A DNA stretch of 16,411 nt, taken from Fidelibacterota bacterium. Its GTDB lineage: Bacteria; Fidelibacterota; Marinisomatia; Marinisomatales; TCS56. The translations under genes and the position numbers were made by a program. The first letter of the stretch is position 1; every line of letters begins with the position of its first letter. The stretch spans positions 1 through 16,411 of the forward strand of contig JBDRBK010000102.1 in NCBI GenBank assembly GCA_043822705.1. Reading direction: 5' to 3'. The notes beneath the pieces were generated by a model that was not told the DNA's origin, made no database searches, and saw only the letters and a program-made list of their open reading frames with translations. Shown in pieces: positions 7,879 through 15,452 of this stretch.

Positions 7879-8552
7879 TGCTGCGCCGAATTTGTATCAT
7901 CAGCCTGCTCTTTTTTGCCTGTCAGCCACCGGCTGTGGTGAAACCGGATTTTGACTTCGAAACGATCAATCGACTATCGGTGGCGCCGGTGCGTGATATT
8001 GCCTCAGCCCCGGGGTCGGGCGAGATTATTTATCGCAGCCTGGTACACCAACTGCTACGCTCCGGGATTCAGGTGGTGGAACGTAACGATTTGGCGGCAT
8101 TGACCAACGAGGCGGCGATCAATCAGTCGCTGGCAGCCGGTGTTGACTACGATTTGCGACTGACCTCACCCGATGCCGTGCTGATTTGCACGATTAATGA
8201 ATTTACCGATGGCAATGTCATCACAATTCCTGTCATCACCGAGGATAAAGGCCGGACGGTGACCACTACCAAGGAAACCAAGGAACCGGTGTTCGATGAG
8301 AATGATGACTCGGAGAGTGAAATCAAAACCACGCTCACGGAAGAAACCACTAAATACGAAGGTACCGTCACCCAGACCCAACGACTGGAGTATATCGACT
8401 CGCGGGTAGGTGTCACTTTGCAGATGGTTCACCTGGAAACCGGTGAGATACTCTGGTCCAATGCTTATCGCTACAATTCTCTCAGTATGGCCTATGCCGT
8501 GGATCAATGCGTGCATGGGGCCGTAAACCCGCTAAAAAAAGTGCTGTTTTAA
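7878..8552 (+). CDS. CsgG/HfaB/LpoB-like (TolB-N-type fold) lipoprotein
   Basis: Lipobox LFFA-C15 and motifs LSVAPV.D, LLRSGIQVVER.DL.AL..E, DAVLICTINEF and VGVTLQMVHLETGEILWS. TGATG coupling to the TPR gene. Confidence 0.7.
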   Translation: MLRRICIISLLFFACQPPAVVKPDFDFETINRLSVAPVRDIASAPGSGEIIYRSLVHQLLRSGIQVVERNDLAALTNEAAINQSLAAGVDYDLRLTSPDAVLICTINEFTDGNVITIPVITEDKGRTVTTTKETKEPVFDENDDSESEIKTTLTEETTKYEGTVTQTQRLEYIDSRVGVTLQMVHLETGEILWSNAYRYNSLSMAYAVDQCVHGAVNPLKKVLF

Positions 8553-8557
8553 GCGGG

Positions 8558-9565
8558 TTAATTCCAGGGATGAATTTTTTGCGCCGGCAGGTATTTTGCC
8601 AAATATTCTCCCATTATTTCCGTCATTGACAATTGCAGCTCCAACGGCAGCGTAATCACTTTTTCCGCTGGAGCAAGCGGCTGGTTGAATATTTTACTAC
8701 CCGGTCGCAGTTTTTGCAGGCGCTTAAAAAAAGTGTCGTTCATCCGAAACGGACCATAATGTACGTCATAAATCGCCGCCGGTGGCAGCACGGAAAACAG
8801 GTGCTCAACGAATTTACCATAAACCTCCGACCAGTCAGCGGAATAGATCAACGGATCGATACACAACCGTACCTGCCAGCCCTGGTTTAAAGCCGCTCTG
8901 ACTGCGGCCAGCCGTTTTCCCAGAGCTGGGGTCAGATGCTCGTAACTGGTAATTATCGAAGCCGGCGAAAGCGTCCATGAAAACAGGATATTTCCGGTCG
9001 GTTTCAGGCGGGAGAAAAGCGATCGGACAGCACTCTTGGTCCGAATTTCCAGCAGCAAATCATCGGTGCTCCGCGCAAATTCGATCCAATCCGTAATCAG
9101 GGCCAGACGATTATCCAGTGCCAGTAAATCGGTGTCATAGGATAATGCCAGCAACAGTGGGTGCCCTCGATCAGGGCGCCGGTCAATTTCTGCGCCGACC
9201 GCGGTCATCAAATCAGCTTGATTGACAAATACAACCAGATTGGCCGATTGGTATTTTCCCTGTAAATAACAATATTCACAATCATAAATACAGTTCAGGA
9301 CCGGAGTGGAGTAGTAGAAATTGGGATTATTGAAATCCTGGCATTCCGGTGATCCCCGGTAAATTAAACCATCCCGTTTGACGGCCAGAATCAAATTCGG
9401 ATTCTGCTTTTGAATCAGAAACTGCTGATTGGCCCGCTGGAAGATATCGCGATAGTTATTTATCTCAATTTGAACGGCAGCGGGAAATTTTTTCAGGATT
9501 CTTTGGGTAAACGGATATTCCCGGGCCTGGCGTTCGACATAGATGTGTGTGAATCTATTTGCCAC
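8558..9565 (-). CDS. Spore photoproduct lyase-like radical SAM protein
   Basis: CxxxCxxC motif NCIYDCEYCYLQG, plus SYDTDLL, LEIRTKS, FSWTLSP, YEHLTP.L.KRL.A, GWQVRLCIDPLI and GPFRM. GTG start. Confidence 0.88.
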   Translation of the reverse strand: MANRFTHIYVERQAREYPFTQRILKKFPAAVQIEINNYRDIFQRANQQFLIQKQNPNLILAVKRDGLIYRGSPECQDFNNPNFYYSTPVLNCIYDCEYCYLQGKYQSANLVVFVNQADLMTAVGAEIDRRPDRGHPLLLALSYDTDLLALDNRLALITDWIEFARSTDDLLLEIRTKSAVRSLFSRLKPTGNILFSWTLSPASIITSYEHLTPALGKRLAAVRAALNQGWQVRLCIDPLIYSADWSEVYGKFVEHLFSVLPPAAIYDVHYGPFRMNDTFFKRLQKLRPGSKIFNQPLAPAEKVITLPLELQLSMTEIMGEYLAKYLPAQKIHPWN

Positions 9566-10397
9566 TCAGAAATTTCCGCAGCTCGGCAAAGCGTCGATTA
9601 CGGTCGGTCTTCGACTGGCTGGGCGTCGCCGTGAATGCTTTCCAGCCCGTCGGTATTTCGCCAAACCGGATGTGGCAACCGAACAGGTCATTGCGCAGAA
9701 TCCGCTGCTGGGCCGCCGTCAAGCGTAACCGTTGCGTTATCGTATCGACAATTAATTGTTCCAGTTGATTGACCTGGCTTGCCGGAGTTAGGGGCAGTTC
9801 CTGCAGGGTCGCCACCAGACTGTCGATCGTCGGTAATTCCGTCCGGACCAATTCGGCGACGTTGTCGGCGGTCAGGTGATCGACTTTCAGGTGATCGGAT
9901 ATGATTTTCAGCAGGGCTATCTGATGGGGCCCCAGAAAGGTCAGGGCGGCGGCGGCGAATCCGGCCGCCTCCATATCCACCAGGCCGGAATAATCGCCGG
10001 CGGCATCCTGGCCGATTACTACCTTATCAAAGGTCGCGATCTGAATTTCGGGCAGATTATGCCGGTACAGCAGATCAGGATAATAATTTCGCCCGGTGCT
10101 GGTGTCGATAATTTTATTGATCAGAAATGCTTTGCCGATGCCGTAATCCAGCCGGGTGCTGCCGGCGATGCCCAGGTTGAGTATGACCGTATCCTGATTT
10201 TCCGGCCGGCGATCCAGAATATGTGTGGCGGCAATTGTTGCTTTAAGCCGGCCGATCCCGCTGACGATCAGGGTGATTCGATCGTTGCGGAACACATCGA
10301 ACTTGGTGTACGAGAAATCCTTCTTCAGGTGATAATAATCGATCAGCGGGCGGGCTTCGCACAGCAGTGCGTTTTGAATAATGATATGATTGGCCAT
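9555..10397 (-). CDS. Nucleoside phosphorylase / MTA-SAH nucleosidase-like protein with a C-terminal extension
   Basis: ALLCEA, VSGIGRLKATIAA, ILNLGIAGS, VDMEAAGF and KIISD match the MTAN/PNP_UDP_1 pattern. ATG 10397 preferred (alternative TTG 10421). Overlaps the SPL-like gene by 11 nt. Confidence 0.82.
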   Translation of the reverse strand: MANHIIIQNALLCEARPLIDYYHLKKDFSYTKFDVFRNDRITLIVSGIGRLKATIAATHILDRRPENQDTVILNLGIAGSTRLDYGIGKAFLINKIIDTSTGRNYYPDLLYRHNLPEIQIATFDKVVIGQDAAGDYSGLVDMEAAGFAAAALTFLGPHQIALLKIISDHLKVDHLTADNVAELVRTELPTIDSLVATLQELPLTPASQVNQLEQLIVDTITQRLRLTAAQQRILRNDLFGCHIRFGEIPTGWKAFTATPSQSKTDRNRRFAELRKFLSGK

Positions 10398-10710
10398 GAT
10401 TTTAATATTTTCGGCATCCAACTTAACCTGATTAAAAAACTCCTGTCCACAACCAATATTCTTCGATAATACCGGCAGCCGGTTATCGGCCCGGGAAAAG
10501 CCGGAATATTTGCCACATTTACTTTGTCAAATCCACATAGTCAAATAAACCGCAACCACTGTCGGCTGAGTGTTTTTACCAGTCATCTGGCATTCGCAGT
10601 ATACACCGGGATATCACTGGTTTAACTCGAAATATTATTCACCTGCCGTATTGCGGAACACCTATCAAACGTTTAAGTTCAACGGCAGCATTTTATATTT
10701 GGGAGTTATA

Positions 10711-11142
10711 ATGGTTATCAATAAACCGGTAAAAATCAATAATTCGGTTCTGGTCGGCCTATTTATTGGCATCATTCTTCTTATGACCAATCTGAACGCC
10801 CTGGTCGATGCGGTATTGCATCCGGATATACCATATTTCGATCTGGAGCATTTGATAGTGGGCGGTGTCAATGGGATTGTCAGTGCGATTTTATTCGGTC
10901 TGCTGATCTTCCATATCCATAACCTGAACATAGCCTTGGGACAGATCAAACAGCTTGAAGCGGTTTTACCAGTCTGCTCCAACTGTAAAAAAATTCGAAA
11001 ACCGGGTACCGACCCGATCCGGTTGGAATCGTGGCAAACACTGGAGGACTATATCAGCGAACGAACCGACACCGCTTTCAGTCACGGTATCTGTCCGGAA
11101 TGCGCCAACAAACTGTATCCCGAATACTACCGGCTTGATTGA
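10711..11142 (+). CDS. Two-TM membrane protein with a C-terminal CxxC...HGICPEC putative zinc-binding domain
   Basis: Start reassigned to ATG 10711 (GGGAG SD at 10701-10705). Two hydrophobic helices, a short coiled-coil, then LPVCSNCKKIR...W..LEDYISE.TDTAFSHGICPEC..KLYPE. Confidence 0.82.
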   Translation: MVINKPVKINNSVLVGLFIGIILLMTNLNALVDAVLHPDIPYFDLEHLIVGGVNGIVSAILFGLLIFHIHNLNIALGQIKQLEAVLPVCSNCKKIRKPGTDPIRLESWQTLEDYISERTDTAFSHGICPECANKLYPEYYRLD

Positions 11143-11307
11143 TTTAGCCGGTTCCGAATAATTCCGGTCGTCGCTAAATTTTATCGTCGACCATCGGAAA
11201 AATCATTCTTTTTAACGCCGATGTTCAGGTTGGGACCAGCAGGCAAAATCCGCCGGACCATTCGACAGACAGAAAATGACACTCTCAATAAACCAAAATC
11301 CGGATTT

Positions 11308-13116
11308 ATGAATATATTTTTTCATTACTACCGCCTGACGGCGGCAATCATCTGCGGTTGTGCTATTCTGGTTTTAGGCGGCTGCGCACATTTTCCGCCG
11401 GACGCAACCAGCACTGAACCAGCCCGACTCGGGGCTGCCACCCTGTCCAATCCTCGTCAGGTCGAGGGCGACTTGGTAATTAACTTCAGGATCGATAAAG
11501 TCTATTCGGACACCGCCCTGAGCGCCTGGAACATCGCCCACGGAATTACTTCGCAACAACCGCCGTTATTGCGAATCTGGAGCGCTGCGATTCAGGAACG
11601 GCCGGCCCAAGGCGAAATCGTCAGCCGCCTGATCAACCCAGCACCCACAACTATTCTTCCCGATCGGGAAAACGGCAACCGAATCTTGTACTGGGAGCTG
11701 AGCGATTCTCTGCAGCCGGGAAATACATTTTCGATCGTGCGCCGCTTCGACTACACGACCTGGGATTTCGCACCGCGGATCGACCCGGTCACCGTGGCGG
11801 ACAACTGGGCCCGGCTGCTCGACAGCATCCGTACTTTTTATACCAAACCGGAGCAGTTCCTGGAACAGACGCCGGAAATGGTCGCTCAACTGCGGTCGAT
11901 TATCGTTGGCGAAGCGAATCCCTGGCACCAGGCGGAACGGATTTTCAACTGGGTCCGCCGGCATATGACTTACGTTTATCCGCCACCGCTACGGGGTGCG
12001 ATTCCTGCTTTCGCGACCGGGCAGGGCGACTGCGGACAATACACGGCCCTGTTCATCAGTATGTGCCGGATCGCCGGCATTCCGGCCCGGCAGCAGTCCG
12101 GGTTCAATTTCGTGCCGGATAATACCGGCTACCATGTCTGGGCGGAAATCTACCTGCCGCCCTATGGCTGGGTGCCCATGGACCCCACCCGCGAAAACGG
12201 CTTCAATTTCATCGATAATCAGCGCTTGATTGCCTCAGTTGGTATGAATATTCCCTTGAAATATGTCCCGGAATGGTCAACCTACGAAAGTCAGGAAGCG
12301 GAAAACGGCCGGACGCCGTTCATGCAATTATTCACCATGGTCTCCAGCGGCTTCGATGCAGTTATCACCACTGAATTAAAGGTACTGAAGTCAGTCGATC
12401 CGTATGGCGGCAGCGAAAAAACCAGAATGGCCGGCAGCCAGATTTATACGAATCTGTCCGAGTCTGATTTACCATTTTCCATCATCGGCAACTCAACTGA
12501 GGATCGCCCGATTCACCTGCTGGAAATCGGCAGCGGTCCAAAAACCAGCCTGATTTTCGGCGGGTTTCACGGCGATGAAACAGCCGGCGCGCAACTGGTT
12601 TTTGAACTGGCTAATACACTGTCCGAAAGCCAGCTACCGGTGGAATATGGCAAAGTTATCCTCGTGCCGGTGCTGAATCCCGACGGTTTGCTGGCGGATA
12701 CCCGCATTAACACCAACGGGGTCGATATCAACCGGAATTTTCCCACGGAAAATTGGAGTCCGGAGGCGCACAGTAAAGACTATTCACCGGGACCGGCCGC
12801 CGGATCGGAAATCGAGACTCAGGTGGTAATCGAGTTAATCAAAAAATACCAGCCGGACCGAATCATTACCGTGCACTCGCCGCTGAAAATGATTAATTAC
12901 GACGGTCCTGCTGCTGAAATCGCCCGGATTATGGCCCGGTTTCTGGATTACCCGGTAAGTTCCGACATCGGTTACCCGACCCCCGGGTCCTTCGGTACCT
13001 ACACCGGGGTCGAACGCAACATCCCGGTGATCACACTGGAACTGCCGCGCCGGATGCAGCCGGCCGACTGGGTACAGAACCTGGAGGCTCTCAAAGCCGC
13101 CATCAGATATCAATGA
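11308..13116 (+). CDS. Lipoprotein fusing a transglutaminase-like domain and an M14 zinc carboxypeptidase (MpaA-like) domain
   Basis: Probable ATG 11308 with lipobox LGG-C26. Transglutaminase-like triad GDC / YHVWAE / WVPMDPT. M14 motifs GGFHGDE, NPDG, RINTNGVDINRNF, TVHS, GYPTPGSFG and ITLELP. Confidence 0.87.
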   Translation: MNIFFHYYRLTAAIICGCAILVLGGCAHFPPDATSTEPARLGAATLSNPRQVEGDLVINFRIDKVYSDTALSAWNIAHGITSQQPPLLRIWSAAIQERPAQGEIVSRLINPAPTTILPDRENGNRILYWELSDSLQPGNTFSIVRRFDYTTWDFAPRIDPVTVADNWARLLDSIRTFYTKPEQFLEQTPEMVAQLRSIIVGEANPWHQAERIFNWVRRHMTYVYPPPLRGAIPAFATGQGDCGQYTALFISMCRIAGIPARQQSGFNFVPDNTGYHVWAEIYLPPYGWVPMDPTRENGFNFIDNQRLIASVGMNIPLKYVPEWSTYESQEAENGRTPFMQLFTMVSSGFDAVITTELKVLKSVDPYGGSEKTRMAGSQIYTNLSESDLPFSIIGNSTEDRPIHLLEIGSGPKTSLIFGGFHGDETAGAQLVFELANTLSESQLPVEYGKVILVPVLNPDGLLADTRINTNGVDINRNFPTENWSPEAHSKDYSPGPAAGSEIETQVVIELIKKYQPDRIITVHSPLKMINYDGPAAEIARIMARFLDYPVSSDIGYPTPGSFGTYTGVERNIPVITLELPRRMQPADWVQNLEALKAAIRYQ

Positions 13117-13631
13117 CTACGGCCAAATTACGTTACCGCTATTTTCTGGAATTACAGGGCCGGTCCTATAAAATTGATACCCTGCCGACCGGATTTAAGA
13201 TCACTGCGCTGCAGCCGGACTGTTATGCCGGTTTAAGCGAATTATTGATTGCAGCCTTCCATGGCACTATCGATGACGAAGGCGAAACACCGGAGCAGGC
13301 GGTGGTCGAGATTCAGGATTTCCTGGATGGCCAGCGCGGTGGTCCGCCGATGTTCGCCGAATCGGCGATTGGCATCAGCAATGGTCAAATCATCGGCGCC
13401 AGCATGGTCGCCAACTGGACCAAGTTTGAGCAACCGATAATTACCTACATGATGATTCATCCGCAGTGGCAGAAGCAGGGTTTGGGGAAGTTGCTGTTGC
13501 GCTCATCGCTGACAAAAATCAAACTGGATGCCCACGAACGGGTGTGGGCGATAATCACTAAAGGGAACATTGGTTCCGAAACATTATTTCAAAACCATGG
13601 TTTCAAACAGGATACGGAATTCAATGGATAA
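13113..13631 (+). CDS. GNAT family N-acetyltransferase
   Basis: Acetyl-CoA-binding motif A IHPQWQKQGLGKLLL and C-terminal ITKGNIGSETLFQNHGF. ATGA overlap with the upstream gene. Confidence 0.87.
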   Translation: MTTAKLRYRYFLELQGRSYKIDTLPTGFKITALQPDCYAGLSELLIAAFHGTIDDEGETPEQAVVEIQDFLDGQRGGPPMFAESAIGISNGQIIGASMVANWTKFEQPIITYMMIHPQWQKQGLGKLLLRSSLTKIKLDAHERVWAIITKGNIGSETLFQNHGFKQDTEFNG

Positions 13632-14061
13632 ATTTATGCAGGCCGCACTCGCCGAAGCCCGGAAGGGATTGGCCGAAGGCGGCATCCCGATCGGTGCAGT
13701 GCTGGTTCACAAGGATCAAATCATCGGTCGCGGACATAATCGCCGGGTTCAAAACGGCAGCGTCATCCTCCACGGTGAAATGGATGCCCTGGAAAACGCC
13801 GGCCGGCTGCCTGCGGCGGTGTACCGGGAATCGATTCTGTATACCACGCTCTCACCCTGCCCCATGTGTTCCGGGGCAATTCTACTATATGGTATTCCGC
13901 AGGTGATCATCGGCGAAAACCGGACTTTTCTGGGTGAAGAGAAATTGCTCAAATCCCGGGGGGTGGTGGTAACCGTATTGCAGAACCCGGAATGTGTGTC
14001 GATGATGGAGCAGTTCGTTGCCGAAAAACCAGAATTGTGGAACGAAGACATCGGTGTTTAA
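13624..14061 (+). CDS. Zinc-dependent cytosine/nucleoside deaminase (CDA fold, yeast Fcy1-like), 145 aa
   Basis: Start reassigned to ATG 13624 (MDKFMQAAL). Motifs EGGIPIG, GRGHNRRVQ, HGE, LYTTLSPCPMC, YGIP.VIIGEN and C-terminal WNEDIG. Confidence 0.92.
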   Translation: MDKFMQAALAEARKGLAEGGIPIGAVLVHKDQIIGRGHNRRVQNGSVILHGEMDALENAGRLPAAVYRESILYTTLSPCPMCSGAILLYGIPQVIIGENRTFLGEEKLLKSRGVVVTVLQNPECVSMMEQFVAEKPELWNEDIGV

Positions 14062-14069
14062 TATCAAGC

Positions 14070-15272
14070 ATGGATTCGATCCGGCAAATATATAAAATCG
14101 GCCACGGGCCATCCAGCAGTCACACGATGGGGCCCAACCGGGCAGCGAAAATTTTCGGGCGGCGCCAGCCGGCGGCGGCTGGTTTCCGGGTCACGCTGTA
14201 CGGCAGTCTCGCCGCCACCGGTAAAGGGCACCTGACCGATCAGGCATTAGTCTGGGGATTCGAACCGCGCCCGGTTGAAATCATCTGGCAGCCGGAAACG
14301 ACACTACCGTTTCATCCCAACGGGCTGTATTTGGAAGCGTTAGATTCCGACGGCAGCATAATCGCCGACTGGACCGTCTTCAGTGTCGGCGGCGGCGACC
14401 TCAGGGAAGCTGCCAGTACCGTCACTGCGCCGGAGATTTACAATCAGTCTTCCCTGACCGCGATCCTGGAACACTGCCGCCGGGACGGGCAATCGCTCTG
14501 GGAATACGTAGCCGAACGGGAAGACAATGATCTCTGGGATTACCTGGCGGAAGTCTGGAAAGTGATGAAACAGGCGATCCGTGAAGGACTGGACACGGAA
14601 GGAACCCTGCCCGGAGGTTTGCACCTGACGCGCAAGGCGGCGGCTTACTATATCAAGGCCGACAGCTATCGCGGAGCCCTCAAACGGCGCTGCCAGGTGT
14701 TTGCCTATGCCCTGGCGGTGGCCGAACAGAACGCCAGCAGCGGCATTATTGTAACCGCCCCCACCTGCGGTTCCAGTGGAGTACTGCCGGCCGTGCTGCG
14801 CTTTCTACAGCTCGATAAGAAATTCCCCGACAGTAAAATCCTGCGGGCCCTGGCCACCGCCGGTCTGATCGGCAACCTGGTCAAGAACAACGCCTCCATT
14901 TCCGGCGCCGCCGTCGGCTGCCAGGGTGAAATCGGCACGGCCTGCGCGATGGCGGCCGGGGCCACAATCCAGTTGATGGGCGGCAGTCCGGCCCAGGTGG
15001 AATACGCCGCCGAAATGGGACTGGAGCATCACCTCGGACTGACCTGTGATCCGGTGGCGGGACTGGTCCAGGTGCCCTGCATCGAACGCAATGCCTTCGC
15101 CGCTTCCCGGGCGCTGGACGCCCATACTTTTTCGATGCTGTCCGACGGCCAGCACCGCGTCAGCTTCGACAAAGTTGTCAAAACCATGGCCGAGACCGGC
15201 CACGATCTGCCCAGCCTGTACCGTGAGACTTCCACCGGCGGCCTGGCGCTAAATGTCAAAATCGACGATTGA
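14070..15272 (+). CDS. sdaA: L-serine ammonia-lyase, Fe-S dependent, fused single chain
   Basis: ATG 14070. Motifs IGHGPSSSHTMGP, LYGSLAATGKGH.TD, FHPNG, SVGGG, VTAPTCGSSG, SISGAAVGCQGEIG, EHHLGLTCDPV.GLVQVPCIERN and YRETSTGGLA. Confidence 0.96.
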   Translation: MDSIRQIYKIGHGPSSSHTMGPNRAAKIFGRRQPAAAGFRVTLYGSLAATGKGHLTDQALVWGFEPRPVEIIWQPETTLPFHPNGLYLEALDSDGSIIADWTVFSVGGGDLREAASTVTAPEIYNQSSLTAILEHCRRDGQSLWEYVAEREDNDLWDYLAEVWKVMKQAIREGLDTEGTLPGGLHLTRKAAAYYIKADSYRGALKRRCQVFAYALAVAEQNASSGIIVTAPTCGSSGVLPAVLRFLQLDKKFPDSKILRALATAGLIGNLVKNNASISGAAVGCQGEIGTACAMAAGATIQLMGGSPAQVEYAAEMGLEHHLGLTCDPVAGLVQVPCIERNAFAASRALDAHTFSMLSDGQHRVSFDKVVKTMAETGHDLPSLYRETSTGGLALNVKIDD

Positions 15273-15286
15273 TCCGATCAAATCTT

Positions 15287-15319
15287 GACCGGACGACACC
15301 GGTTGTCCCCCGGTCGTTT
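15287..15319 (+). terminator. Possible terminator hairpin after sdaA
   Basis: GACC-GGACGAC-ACCG-GTTGTCC-CCC-GGTC, a bulged stem followed only by GTTT. Weak U-tract. Confidence 0.4.
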
Positions 15320-15337
15320 AATAGAAATTCTTGTTGA

Positions 15338-15351
15338 ACGGAAATTTCCGT
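15338..15351. promoter_or_regulatory. Perfect 14-bp palindrome ACGGAAATTTCCGT upstream of typA
   Basis: Read directly. Lies in the AT-rich intergenic region, just upstream of TTGTAA-N15-TAAAAT (15362-15388). Confidence 0.35.
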
Positions 15352-15452
15352 AATTTCATCCTTGTAAATCAGAAGTTTTATTTAAAATAACGGTTTTCAC
15401 ACCGGTTAAATTGCATTCTGAGATTTACCAACTAACTCACAGGCAGATTTTT

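Noticed and set aside
6466..9565. Reading GerW, YtfI and SPL-like genes as evidence of endospore formation
   Set aside because: All three families have members in non-sporulating prokaryotes, and no core sporulation gene is present in the window.
10570..10710. GTG-started extension of the 2-TM protein
   Set aside because: AT-rich, intergenic-looking sequence. ATG 10711 has a GGGAG SD.
11143..11184. TTTAGC...GCTAAA inverted repeat followed by TTTT
   Set aside because: The interior pairs poorly, so it is too weak to call a terminator.
11221..11307. Upstream extension of the fusion lipoprotein
   Set aside because: It would place the lipobox Cys at residue 55, whereas ATG 11308 gives a normal-length signal peptide.
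13570..14069. Longer ORF-track starts for the deaminase (13570) and sdaA (13992)
   Set aside because: Both overlap upstream genes extensively. ATG 13624 and ATG 14070 match the family N-termini.
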